Positions 7,851 to 17,004 of a DNA stretch of 64,000 nt are shown one piece after another. A model generated the notes under the pieces. That model made no database searches. It was not told where the DNA came from and was given only the letters and a program-made list of their open reading frames with translations. This DNA is from Gemmatimonadales bacterium (GTDB lineage: Bacteria > Gemmatimonadota > Gemmatimonadetes > Gemmatimonadales > GWC2-71-9): contig JBQTHV010000108.1 of the NCBI GenBank assembly GCA_052389555.1, forward strand, positions 35 to 64,034. The letters run 5' to 3'. Within the stretch, counting starts at the first letter, position 1. The number at the start of each line of letters is the position of its first letter. Both the position numbers and the translations under genes were made by a program.

Positions 7851-10339
7851 TTCCCCGGTTTGCCAAGGTTGCTCTCCCGCTCCCTCTCTTCGAGCCCTAC
7901 CGCTATCGCATTCCCGAAAGCCTGGCCGACCGGATAGCTCCCGGTGCGCGCGTCGTGGTCCCGGTCCGGCGCCGCGAGCTCGTCGGGGTCGTCGTTGCCA
8001 CGGCAGGCGAACCGCCGGATCGCGAAGTCCGGGACATTCTGGGCGCCCCGGACCCGGAGCCCGCGCTTCCGGCGGCGCTGCTCCGGACCGCGGAGTGGAT
8101 GGCGGGATACTACGGCGCGCCGATTGGCATTGCGCTGAAGGCCATGCTGCCGCCGGGACTCTGGGGCGAGTCGAAGGTGCTGCTCAGGGCGGTCGGGCGG
8201 TCGGGCGGTCGGGCGGTCGGCGGGTTAGGTGGAGAGTTGCTCGAGTGGGTGGAGCGGCGAGGTGGAGAGGCGTCGCTCGCGACGGCCGCGCGCGCGCTCC
8301 GCAAGCCGCTCTGGGAGGCGGCGGATCGGCTGGTCCGCATCGGGGCGGCCGAGCTGGTCGTCGTCCCGGTCGCGACGGAACCGGCCGGGGCGATCGAACG
8401 CCGGCTGGAGCTGGTGGGCGAGCGGCTCACCCTGGTCGAGCGCAATGACCGGTTTGCGCGACGGGCCCGGCAGCGGGAGCTCTACGAGACGCTGGAGCGG
8501 CTGGGGGGATCGGCGCCAGTGACCCATCTCCGGGAGACGGTGGGGGTTGGCGACTCGGTGATCCGCTCCCTCACGGCCTCCGGCCTGGCGCGGCGGGTGT
8601 CGGTCGAGCGGGTTAGGGATCCTTTCGCCGGCGTCGAAGGCAGCCCGCCCCCGGCCGGCCTAACCCGCGAGCAGACGAGCGCCCTCGACCGCCTGCAGGC
8701 GCTGGAAGCGGGCGAGGGAGCCCTGCTCTTCGGGGTGACCGGGAGCGGCAAGACGCTGGTCTATCTCCGCGCGGTCGAGCGAATGGTCGAGGCCGGCCGG
8801 GGGGCGATCATCCTGGTGCCGGAGATCGGCCTCACGCCCCAAATGGTCAGCCGGGTGCGGGGGCTGTTCGGGAGCCGGGTTGCGGTGCTGCACAGCGGGC
8901 TTTCCGAAGGCGAGCGGGCGGACGCGTGGCGGCTGCTCCGCCGCGGCGAACGGATGGTGGCCGTGGGAGCCCGGTCCGCGGTCTTTGCGCCGCTCCAGAA
9001 CCTCGGCATCATCGTGCTCGACGAAGAGCACGAGACCAGCTACAAGAACGGCGAAGCCCCGCGCTACCACACCCGGGAGGTCGCCCTGGTTCGTGCGCGT
9101 ACGGAAGGCGCGTGTTACGTCCTGGGCAGCGCGACTCCCTCCCTCGAGACCAGGTCGCTCACTGACAGCCGAGTCCCGAGTGCCGAGCGACGAGTGCTGA
9201 GGGCCGACTCGCCGAGCCGCCGAGCCGCCGAGCCGTCCGGCAGTCTCGGGCTCCTCCGGCTGCCCCGCCGCATCGACGACCGGCCACTCCCTCCGGTCGA
9301 GCTGGTTGACCTGCGCTCGCAGCCCATGGTGCGGACCGGGCACGCCGTGCCCTGGTCCGAAGCGCTGGATCGGGCGCTGGATGGAGCCTTGGACCGGGGG
9401 GAGCAGACCATCCTCCTGCTCAACCGGCGGGGCTATTCGGCGTTTCTCCAGTGTCTGGAATGCGGGCTCGTCCCCGAGTGCCCGGACTGTTCCATCGCCC
9501 TTACTCTGCACCGGGTGCCGCCCGGGTTACGATGCCACTACTGCGGGCGGCGACTTCCGATTCCCGCCCAGTGTCCGGCCTGCGGCCACGCGGTTCAGCG
9601 CGCCCATGGCGTGGGTACCCAGCAGCTCGAGGAGCTGGTCGCGGCCCGCTTTCCGAAGGCGCGAGTGGCGCGGATGGACCTCGACACCACTTCGACCCGT
9701 TGGAGCCACGATCGGATCCTGGGGCGGATCGGGCGCGGCGAGGTCGATGTGCTGCTGGGCACTCAGATGATCGCCAAGGGGATGGACTTTCCCAACGTCA
9801 CCCTGGTCGGCGTGGTGGATGCCGATACCGCGCTGCACCTGCCCGATTTCCGGGCAGGCGAGCGCACGTTTCAGCTACTCGCCCAAGTGGCCGGGCGAGC
9901 CGGCCGGGGACCCAGGGGAGGAAAGGTGGTCGTCCAGACCCGTAACCCGGACCATCAGGCCCTGCAGTTCGCGGCAAAGCACGATACCGAAGGGTTCCTG
10001 GCCCGCGAGTTCGAGGCCCGCCGGGCGCCGCCGTACCCGCCCCACACCAACCTCGTCAACGTCATTGCGTCGGCCGAGCGGGAGGAAACCGCCGCTGCGG
10101 AAGCGCTGCGCGCCGCGGACTGGCTGGAGCAGTTGCGGGAACGGCACCAGCTTCCGATCACCGTGCTAGGACCGGCGCCCTGCCCGCTGACGCGGCTCAA
10201 AGGCCGCTGGCGCTGGCACCTGCTCCTCAAGGGCGACCGGGAACCCATCGGGCGGGTGGTGCGGTACGCGGCGCCCCGCCTGTCGGGGGGCCGGGGAACC
10301 CGTATCGTGCTGGATCGAGATCCGGTAAGCTTGCTATAA
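7847..10339 (+). CDS. priA: primosomal protein N' (replication restart helicase)
   Basis: MIPRFAKVALPLPLFEPYRYRIP N-terminus, Walker A GVTGSGKT, DEEH box, Cys-rich zinc region (CLECGLVPECPDC...CHYCG...CPACG). ATG 7847 overlaps the epimerase stop (ATGA). Track ORF start 7205 is an artefactual extension. Confidence 0.9.
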   Translation: MIPRFAKVALPLPLFEPYRYRIPESLADRIAPGARVVVPVRRRELVGVVVATAGEPPDREVRDILGAPDPEPALPAALLRTAEWMAGYYGAPIGIALKAMLPPGLWGESKVLLRAVGRSGGRAVGGLGGELLEWVERRGGEASLATAARALRKPLWEAADRLVRIGAAELVVVPVATEPAGAIERRLELVGERLTLVERNDRFARRARQRELYETLERLGGSAPVTHLRETVGVGDSVIRSLTASGLARRVSVERVRDPFAGVEGSPPPAGLTREQTSALDRLQALEAGEGALLFGVTGSGKTLVYLRAVERMVEAGRGAIILVPEIGLTPQMVSRVRGLFGSRVAVLHSGLSEGERADAWRLLRRGERMVAVGARSAVFAPLQNLGIIVLDEEHETSYKNGEAPRYHTREVALVRARTEGACYVLGSATPSLETRSLTDSRVPSAERRVLRADSPSRRAAEPSGSLGLLRLPRRIDDRPLPPVELVDLRSQPMVRTGHAVPWSEALDRALDGALDRGEQTILLLNRRGYSAFLQCLECGLVPECPDCSIALTLHRVPPGLRCHYCGRRLPIPAQCPACGHAVQRAHGVGTQQLEELVAARFPKARVARMDLDTTSTRWSHDRILGRIGRGEVDVLLGTQMIAKGMDFPNVTLVGVVDADTALHLPDFRAGERTFQLLAQVAGRAGRGPRGGKVVVQTRNPDHQALQFAAKHDTEGFLAREFEARRAPPYPPHTNLVNVIASAEREETAAAEALRAADWLEQLRERHQLPITVLGPAPCPLTRLKGRWRWHLLLKGDREPIGRVVRYAAPRLSGGRGTRIVLDRDPVSLL
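8187..8218. repeat. tandem octamer array (GGGCGGTC) x4 inside priA
   Basis: Read directly. Translated as RAVGRSGGRAVGG. Confidence 0.95.
9167..9236. repeat. GCCGAG-type heptamer/octamer array inside priA
   Basis: nnCCGAG units, then CCGCCGAG x3. Translated as RVPSAERRVLRADSPSRRAAEPS. Confidence 0.9.
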
Positions 10340-10350
10340 CGCAACGAGAA

Positions 10351-10385
10351 GGGCCGCGGGTTAGGCAAACATCGACCCACGGCCC
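10351..10385. terminator. bidirectional hairpin between convergent genes
   Basis: GGGCCGCGGGT (10351-10361) pairs with ACCCACGGCCC (10375-10385), 10 of 11 bp, 13-nt loop. It lies between the priA stop (10339) and the stop of the minus-strand gene (10412). No clear U-tract. Confidence 0.5.
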
Positions 10386-10411
10386 TCGTCTCCTGCGGGT
10401 TAGTGGCTCTC

Positions 10412-11074
10412 CTACCCGGCGAAGCAGTAGGTGCACCCGAGCTCCTGGGCGCGGCCGACCGCCAGCACGCCCGACGGCACGACCATGATCCCTGGCAGCA
10501 AGCCGGCGACCCACTCCTGCTTCACTGCGGCCGCATTTCCACCCATCTTCTGGGCCGCCATCGCGCTGTAGACCGTGAGCGCGACGTCGCAGGCCCCCAC
10601 CAGCACCCCACCCTTGAGCAGCTCGGCGATCCCCAGACCTGGGATCGGCAGGCCCGTGATGCTGGCATAGATGTTCTTGGTCGCCGGCGCGGTCCCCTCG
10701 TTGATGTGGAACATCTCGCCGAGCCTGTACTTGGCCCAGACCGGGTCCTGGAGCGCGAGCGGGAGGCCGTCATGGCGCAGAATGACCATGGCGCTGGCCC
10801 CTTCGCCCGGATAGTTGGCCTCGATGGTGTTCAGGTACACCCGGGGCCAAATCGCCGGCATGCCGTCGTTCGGCATGGGCCCGTCGAACACCTGCTTGTG
10901 CTTTCCCTTCATCTGGCCGAACCAGGCCTCGAGCTTGGCATCAAGGGCCCGTGAAGGTGTCGAGGCCGCTGCGGTCTCGGGAATGAGGGTTCCGACTCCA
11001 GTCGCTGCCATAGCGGCGGCCATCTTGCCCAAAAACCCACGACGCGGTGTAGTAGAGCCGAACAACTCAGACAT
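10412..11074 (-). CDS. Tat-signal exported protein, DsrE/F-like fold (tentative)
   Basis: Twin-arginine motif TPRRGFLGKMAAAMAATGVG. The body resembles DsrE-family proteins only by my impression. Confidence 0.7.
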   Translation of the reverse strand: MSELFGSTTPRRGFLGKMAAAMAATGVGTLIPETAAASTPSRALDAKLEAWFGQMKGKHKQVFDGPMPNDGMPAIWPRVYLNTIEANYPGEGASAMVILRHDGLPLALQDPVWAKYRLGEMFHINEGTAPATKNIYASITGLPIPGLGIAELLKGGVLVGACDVALTVYSAMAAQKMGGNAAAVKQEWVAGLLPGIMVVPSGVLAVGRAQELGCTYCFAG

Positions 11075-11199
11075 GGTGCCCTCCCAGGGTGGAAACCCGG
11101 CCGATCCGGGAAGGTTATCAAGCTATAGCGTGGGCTGGACCTGTAAAGAGCAAAGACCAAAGACCGGGGGGTGCGGGGCCGGGGGCCAGGGACCAGGGG

Positions 11200-11257
11200 T
11201 GCCGAGTGCCAAGCGCCGAGCCACCAAGCGCCGAGTGTCGAGCCCCGAGTATCGAGT
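11200..11257. repeat. GCCGAG-type heptamer array (about 8 units), intergenic
   Basis: TGCCGAG TGCCAAG CGCCGAG ... TATCGAG read directly, upstream of nadA. Confidence 0.9.
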
Positions 11258-11300
11258 CACCAGGTTAGATTCCTGTTGACGCGCACGGCCGCGCGTTCCA

Positions 11301-11360
11301 GGCGGAGAGTGGTTCGTCAGCTGCGACGAACCTAGGCGTTGCCCAATCGGCCCCTCCGCC
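11301..11360 (+). promoter_or_regulatory. structured 5' leader of nadA (nested hairpins)
   Basis: Outer stem GGCGGAG (11301-07)/CTCCGCC (11354-60) encloses a perfect 8-bp hairpin GGTTCGTC-agctgc-GACGAACC (11311-11332), 30 nt upstream of the nadA ATG. Confidence 0.35.
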
Positions 11361-11390
11361 CGGTACTGCCACCAATGGGAGCAGGGCCCG

Positions 11391-12356
11391 ATGAATCCCC
11401 CAGTTCAGAGCTCCATCTCAGGCCTCACGGCGGAGATCCGCGCCCTCAAGCGCAGTCGCCGAGCCGCCATTCTAGCTCACAACTATCAGCGCCCCGAGAT
11501 CCAGGACCTCGCCGACCTTGTAGCGGACTCGCTCCTCATGGCCCGCCGCGCGACCGAGCTCGATGCTCCGGTTCTGGTGATCTGCGGGGTCCACTTCATG
11601 GCCGAGACCGCCGCCATCGCCAATCCGGGCAAGCGGGTCCTCATTCCCGATCCCGATGCCGGCTGTTCTCTGGCGGCCACGGTCCAGGTCGCCGATGTGA
11701 GGGCCTGGCGGGCTCGGCATCCCGAGGGAATTGTGGTGGCGTACGTCAACACGTCCGCTGCGGTAAAGGCTGAGGCAGACTACTGCTGCACTTCGGGCAA
11801 CGCGGTGGCGGTGATCCGCGCCCTGCCTCCCGATCGGCCCGTGTTGTTCTTGCCGGACTTCTTCCTCGGCAATTACCTCCGCAGGGTCACCGGGCGGCAA
11901 CTCGATGTCTGGATGGGCGAGTGCCACGTGCACGCCGGACTTACCCGCGAGGTGCTCGAGCAGCGGCGGGCCGAGCAACCCGATGCCGAGTTTCTGGTGC
12001 ATCCGGAGTGCGGGTGTGTTACCGGCGCGATGTATTACGCGGAAGCGGAAGGTGACATCCAGGCCGGCCGGGTCCGCATAGTCTCGACCGAACAGATGAT
12101 GCAGCGCGCCCGGGTTTCTCCAGCGCAACGGTTTGTAGTGGCCACGGAAACCGGCGTGCTCCATCGGCTCCGGCGGGAGAACCCCGCCAAGCAATTCACT
12201 GCCGCCCTGGAGTCGGCCGAGTGCCGCTACATGAAGCTGATCACGCTGGAGAAGCTCCGGGACGCCCTCCGGTACGATCGGTATGCCGTGACGGTGCCGA
12301 CCGAAGTAGCGTCCCTGGCGCGCCGGGCGATTGACCGGATGCTGGCGATTGGCTGA
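11391..12356 (+). CDS. nadA: quinolinate synthase
   Basis: ILAHNYQRPEIQDLADLVADSL, FMAET and VHPEC motifs, length 321 aa. Confidence 0.9.
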   Translation: MNPPVQSSISGLTAEIRALKRSRRAAILAHNYQRPEIQDLADLVADSLLMARRATELDAPVLVICGVHFMAETAAIANPGKRVLIPDPDAGCSLAATVQVADVRAWRARHPEGIVVAYVNTSAAVKAEADYCCTSGNAVAVIRALPPDRPVLFLPDFFLGNYLRRVTGRQLDVWMGECHVHAGLTREVLEQRRAEQPDAEFLVHPECGCVTGAMYYAEAEGDIQAGRVRIVSTEQMMQRARVSPAQRFVVATETGVLHRLRRENPAKQFTAALESAECRYMKLITLEKLRDALRYDRYAVTVPTEVASLARRAIDRMLAIG

Positions 12357-13188
12357 GCCCTGCTGGAACGAGGTGGTCCGGCGCGCGCTGGTTGAAGATC
12401 GGGCACGCGAGGACGTCACGGCCCGTCTGCTCGACCCTGCCGCAGCGAAGCCGGCGGTCGCCCGGTTGGTAGCCGAAGCGGGAATGGTGGTCGCAGGCCT
12501 TCCCGTGATCGCGGCCACCCTGGGGGAGCTGGATCCCGGCATCGCGGTCGAGATTCAGACGAGGGAAGGGGACTGGGTTGAGCCGGGGACTGCCCTCGCT
12601 GTGGCGCGCGGGCCGGCCCGCATCCTGCTCGCCGGCGAACGCGTCGTACTCAACTTGCTGCAGCGCCTCTCCGGTATCGCGACCGCGACCAGACAGGTGG
12701 TCAAAGCCATCGAAGGGACCCGGGCCCGCATCACCCATACCCGCAAGACCACGCCGGGGCTCCGCGACTTGGAACTCTACGCAGTGCGGATCGGCGGTGG
12801 GGTTGCCAATCGGGCCAGCCTGGCGGACGCTGTGCTGTGGAAGGACAATCACTGGGCTCTGCTTACTTCACCTGCCGGGTTAGGTCCCGCGCTGGCGAAG
12901 GCGCCGGCCGGTGTGCCGGTCATCGTCGAGGTCGAGAACGGCGCTCAGGTCGAGGCTGCCCTCGCGGCGGGCGTAACCCACCTGTTGGTGGACAATCAGC
13001 CCCCGGATCGAGTGGCAATGTGGGCCACCCGGGCCGGTCCGGGCGTCACCATCCAGGTCTCGGGCGGCATCACGACGGCCACTGCTCGAGCCTATGCCGA
13101 GGCCGGTGCCGCTCTCATCGCCGTGGGATGGATCACCCATTCCGCCCCGGCGGCGCCGATCCGCTGTGATCTAGGTCCCGATACCTGA
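12331..13188 (+). CDS. nadC: nicotinate-nucleotide diphosphorylase (carboxylating)
   Basis: VRRALVEDRAREDVT, ERVVLNLLQRLSGIAT, TRKTTPGLR and KDNH motifs. Start TTG 12331 or 12349, overlapping the nadA end. Confidence 0.88.
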   Translation: MTGCWRLAEPCWNEVVRRALVEDRAREDVTARLLDPAAAKPAVARLVAEAGMVVAGLPVIAATLGELDPGIAVEIQTREGDWVEPGTALAVARGPARILLAGERVVLNLLQRLSGIATATRQVVKAIEGTRARITHTRKTTPGLRDLELYAVRIGGGVANRASLADAVLWKDNHWALLTSPAGLGPALAKAPAGVPVIVEVENGAQVEAALAAGVTHLLVDNQPPDRVAMWATRAGPGVTIQVSGGITTATARAYAEAGAALIAVGWITHSAPAAPIRCDLGPDT

Positions 13189-13203
13189 GGAAGGAGGCCC
13201 TCC

Positions 13204-13515
13204 ATGTTGCTGATCCGCGAAATCATGTACTGCAAGCCGGGCAAGGTGCGCCCCATGGTCGAGAAGTTCCTGGCCATGGACAAGCTTGGGCGGAAGGCCG
13301 GGATGCCGAAGATGCGGGTGATGACCGACTTCTGCGCCGAACGGTACTGGACCATCGTCGCAGAGATGGAAGTAGCAAGCGTGGACGAGTTCGAGCGGAT
13401 GATGCAGGGTACTGGCCAGGGCGAGGAAGACCTGAAGGAGATGGAGCGCCTGATGGCGGGCTACCACGACCTGGTGGACTACGGCCGTCGGGAGATCTAC
13501 AAGATCGAGGGCTGA
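13204..13515 (+). CDS. hypothetical small protein
   Basis: 103-aa ORF with coding-like composition, 15 nt after nadC. Confidence 0.6.
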   Translation: MLLIREIMYCKPGKVRPMVEKFLAMDKLGRKAGMPKMRVMTDFCAERYWTIVAEMEVASVDEFERMMQGTGQGEEDLKEMERLMAGYHDLVDYGRREIYKIEG

Positions 13516-13527
13516 CGGGGCGTCGGG

Positions 13528-15609
13528 CTAACGCCGCGCCCAGCTTACCGACAGCCCGACATGGGCGTGCCGGCCGGGTGCCGGCTCCAGCACCCGGCCG
13601 CCCACGCCGTTGATGTTCACCGAGCCCACCACTTTCCGGTCGAACACGTTGTTGAGGGCGCCGAACGGCTCGAGCGTGGCTTCGCCGAACCGGATCGTGC
13701 CGCTCAGCCGGACCGAGGTGATGCCCACTCCCCAACCCGCCACTGAGATGGCGTTGCGATCGTCTCCGAACATCCCTCCGGCGGTGACCTGGTCCACCTC
13801 TATCCCCACGGGACCTTGACGAACCCCGAGGACCGCGCGGAAGAAATGCCGGGGGACGCCGGCCAGCCGATTGCCATCGAGTGTATCGGTCGTGGCGCCG
13901 AGGGGGATCCGGTATTCCGTAAAGCGGTAGTCGGCGAACGAATAGGCCGCCCGCAAGCTCAGCCCTTCGAACGGCGCCAGGCCAGCGCCGGCTTCCATCC
14001 CGCTATTCCTAACCCGCCCGGCATTCTGGAAAAAGGCCCGGCCATCGACCTCGCGAGCCTGGATGATCGCGTCGCGGATCCAGTTCACGAAGCCGGCCAC
14101 CGAGTAATCGATCCAGCGGCCGATCCGGCCCCGTGCGCCGAGCTCGGCGGATACGGTGCGCTGGGGTCCCAAAGCGGTGTTGAATCCGGCCGTGGTGTTC
14201 TGCGTGTTTACGAGCTCGGTAGTCGTGGGAGACTCGAAACTCGTCGAAACGCTCGCATAGAGCGTAGCCGCCGGCGTCGCGGCGTAAGAAATCCCCGCGC
14301 TGCCGCTCGGGTTCTCCATGATGCGTTCGCCGCTGTTATCGATTCCATCCGAGAGCCACCGGTCTTGCACCCGAAAGGCCACCCGGTCATAGCGGGCCGC
14401 GCCCAGGAAGAGGAACCCCCGCCCGAGATCCCAGTGAAGCTGCGCGAAGGGCCCCAGCTCCGTCACGGTCTCCCGCTGATCGGCAAGCACCTCGCCGGTC
14501 GGTGCGCCGGCATTGCTCCGTTCGTTCCGGCGATCGTCTCGCATGCGTTGCGCATCGAGCCCCGCAGTGAGGCGGATGGATCCATCGCTCCTGAGCGGCA
14601 GGGAGCCGCTCAGCCGGACCCCGCCCACGACGCGATCGATTCGGTTATAGGTCCCGGATGCCGGCGTGACCGGCGGAGGGGGTGGTGTCGCCAATGGATT
14701 TGCGAGGTCACGGAGGAGACCGAACGCGGTGCCTTCGAGCTCGATCCCCCGGGCGTTTGCCCAGCGATAGCGGAGCGCGAGTTGCTGCTGGTCAACGTCC
14801 TTGTCTGCGCCGCGCAGGATGTTGTTCCCGGCCGCGCTGTCGCGCCGGGCCAGATACTCCGCCTCGGTGAGCGCGCCGGGATTCTCGGCCCGCGGCGCCT
14901 CCGCCCAGCCGAGGTGGACCGACAAGCTCGAGCGCGAATCCAGCTCCGCGGCAACCTTCGCCATGAACTGATAGGCGAGCGCTGCACTGTGCTGACGGAA
15001 TCCGTCGGTGCGGAAGCGGGAAAGCGATGCCATCCCTCCGAACCTGCCTTGCGCCGTCCCGATCGTTTGAGTCAGCTTGCTCGTGCCGAAGCTGCCCGCC
15101 AGCACCCGGGTGCGTGCCTGGAATGGCAGCGTGGGCGTCTCGGTGGAAAACGCAAGCACACCGCCCGCGGAGTTGCCGTAAACAGCACCTGCCGAACCGG
15201 TCAGGACCTCGACCCGATCGACCAGCGCCAGATCCAGGTTGCTGAGCTGGCTTTGGCCGTCAGGTAATGTCTGCGGGACTCCATCCAATAACACCTTGAC
15301 GCCCCGGAGGCCGAAGTTGGCGCGGCTCCCCGCACCCCGAAGGGAAACCCGCTGGTCGAGGGAGAAGTTGTAGCGATTGAGCACCACGACACCCGGCAAG
15401 CGGCTCAGCGACTCGTCCAGGCCCGCGGTAAGCTGAGCCCGCCGCACTTCTTCGGCACCCAGCACGCCAACTGCCAGGGGGAGTCGCGCTGTGGCCTCGG
15501 GGGCACGGGTGACCCGGACCTCGAGCGCCGGCAGCCTGGTCGTGTCGCGAGGCAGGGTATCCGGTTGCTGAGGCGATGCCGCCAGGATTGCAAGGATGAG
15601 TCTCGGCAT
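13528..15609 (-). CDS. TonB-dependent receptor
   Basis: Signal peptide MPRLILAILAAS. Plug region LPALEVRVTRA...LSRLPGVVVLNRYNFSLDQRVSLRGAGSRANFGLRGVKVLLDGVP, followed by a long beta-barrel-like body. ATG 15609 preferred over 15684. Confidence 0.85.
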   Translation of the reverse strand: MPRLILAILAASPQQPDTLPRDTTRLPALEVRVTRAPEATARLPLAVGVLGAEEVRRAQLTAGLDESLSRLPGVVVLNRYNFSLDQRVSLRGAGSRANFGLRGVKVLLDGVPQTLPDGQSQLSNLDLALVDRVEVLTGSAGAVYGNSAGGVLAFSTETPTLPFQARTRVLAGSFGTSKLTQTIGTAQGRFGGMASLSRFRTDGFRQHSAALAYQFMAKVAAELDSRSSLSVHLGWAEAPRAENPGALTEAEYLARRDSAAGNNILRGADKDVDQQQLALRYRWANARGIELEGTAFGLLRDLANPLATPPPPPVTPASGTYNRIDRVVGGVRLSGSLPLRSDGSIRLTAGLDAQRMRDDRRNERSNAGAPTGEVLADQRETVTELGPFAQLHWDLGRGFLFLGAARYDRVAFRVQDRWLSDGIDNSGERIMENPSGSAGISYAATPAATLYASVSTSFESPTTTELVNTQNTTAGFNTALGPQRTVSAELGARGRIGRWIDYSVAGFVNWIRDAIIQAREVDGRAFFQNAGRVRNSGMEAGAGLAPFEGLSLRAAYSFADYRFTEYRIPLGATTDTLDGNRLAGVPRHFFRAVLGVRQGPVGIEVDQVTAGGMFGDDRNAISVAGWGVGITSVRLSGTIRFGEATLEPFGALNNVFDRKVVGSVNINGVGGRVLEPAPGRHAHVGLSVSWARR

Positions 15610-15662
15610 GAGCGGAAAACATAGCGCGATGCGCAGGGAACAGCTTAGGTTCCGCGGTATCC

Positions 15663-16091
15663 ATGGTCGAGCCTCGATTGCCATTCCCCACGACTAGCCT
15701 CACGCCCGGCCCGGGACCGGGATGGGAGCGGCTTGCCCAGGGCCTGCGCGAGTCGTTTCCCGTCGGTGAGCTCGATCGAATTTGGGCCTTCCGGGTTATG
15801 CGACGTGGGGGGCAGGACTTCGGGACCGCTATCCTCTCGCGTATCGAAGGCGACCGGCGCCGTGTCTATACCGCGCGGTTCGTGCACACCGTCAAGGGGA
15901 AGAAGCGGGGCGAATTCAGCTGGGCGGTGAAAGAAGTCGGGAGCGGACCGCTGGAGGCGCTCGACGAGTTGCTGGCCCTGGTCCCCAAGCGTTCGGATGA
16001 AGAAGAGCCTCCCGTCCCCATTTCACTGGAGATCTGGTTTCCCCACTCCCCACTCCCTACTCCCCGATCCCCAGTCACCAATCCCGACTGA
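15663..16091 (+). CDS. hypothetical protein (C-terminus encoded by CCCCACT heptamers)
   Basis: 142-aa ORF divergent from the receptor gene. No recognisable domain. The last ~12 codons are the heptamer array. Confidence 0.4.
   Translation: MVEPRLPFPTTSLTPGPGPGWERLAQGLRESFPVGELDRIWAFRVMRRGGQDFGTAILSRIEGDRRRVYTARFVHTVKGKKRGEFSWAVKEVGSGPLEALDELLALVPKRSDEEEPPVPISLEIWFPHSPLPTPRSPVTNPD
16041..16075. repeat. tandem heptamer array (CCCCACT-like) x5
   Basis: CCCCACT CCCCACT CCCTACT CCCCGAT CCCCAGT at the 3' end of ORF 15663-16091. Confidence 0.95.
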
Positions 16092-16093
16092 GG

Positions 16094-16822
16094 ATGAGCG
16101 ACACCCCCAATCTGAGCATCTTCCTCGCGGTCCTCGGCGGATTGCTGAGCTTCTTGTCGCCATGCGTGCTGCCGCTGGTCCCTTCGTATCTCGGGTTCGT
16201 GACCGGATTCACCTTCGACGAAATGGCAAATCGGCGTCGAATCGCGATGGTTCACGCCGTTCTGTTCGTCTCCGGGTTCACGCTGGTCTTCATGTTGTTC
16301 GGGGCAAGTGCCACCGCGCTCGGCCGGTCCTTGAAGTACTACGAGGTCTGGATCCAGCGGATCGGCGGTGTGCTGATCATGCTATTCGGTCTCTATTGCC
16401 TCGGAGTTCTGCGGCTGTCGTTTCTGGATCGGGACGCGCGGCTGCATCTCGATCGCAAACCGGTTGGCTACCTTGGCTCGGTGCTGGTGGGCATGGCCTT
16501 CGCGGCGGGATGGACACCGTGCATCGGTCCCATCCTCGGAGGGATCCTGGGACTCGCGGCCACCCAGGAAAGCCTGTCCCGGGGCGTGGTTCTGCTCGGC
16601 GCCTATTCGTTCGGCCTCGCCATACCGTTTCTGGTAGCGGCCTATGCGGTCGAGGCGTTCCTCGACTGGTTCCAGCGATTCCGCCGCCACGTGCGCTGGA
16701 TCCAGCGCGTGAGCGGCGTTTTGCTCCTGTTGGTCGGGTTTCTGCTTGCGACCGGTCAGTTCACTCGGCTCGCGAGCTGGCTGCAGGCGCTGACCCCGGG
16801 GTTCCTGCGTAACTGGCTGTAG
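16094..16822 (+). CDS. ccdA: cytochrome c biogenesis/thiol-disulfide transporter CcdA (DsbD family)
   Basis: GGLLSFLSPCVLPLVPSYLG and GWTPCIGPILG motifs, multi-TM. Confidence 0.85.
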   Translation: MSDTPNLSIFLAVLGGLLSFLSPCVLPLVPSYLGFVTGFTFDEMANRRRIAMVHAVLFVSGFTLVFMLFGASATALGRSLKYYEVWIQRIGGVLIMLFGLYCLGVLRLSFLDRDARLHLDRKPVGYLGSVLVGMAFAAGWTPCIGPILGGILGLAATQESLSRGVVLLGAYSFGLAIPFLVAAYAVEAFLDWFQRFRRHVRWIQRVSGVLLLLVGFLLATGQFTRLASWLQALTPGFLRNWL

Positions 16823-16931
16823 GCTATTGGCTATTGGCTATTGGATGTCCCGTGAGCGGGTGGGAACCTCGGTTGCGGCTCGCGCCCGTGCATCGCCCTA
16901 TCCAATAGCCGATAGCCAATAGCCAATAGCC
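16822..16931. repeat. inverted heptamer arrays (GGCTATT x3 ... CCAATAG x4) forming a hairpin, possible terminator
   Basis: Left arm 16822-16844 starts in the ccdA stop codon. Right arm 16902-16931. Loop about 57 nt. Confidence 0.9.
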
Positions 16932-17004
16932 CCACCCCGTGCCAACAACCGCCCTGCCCACGTCTCCCTTAAGAGACCCCATGTCCAATACTGGGAGGAT
17001 TGCA

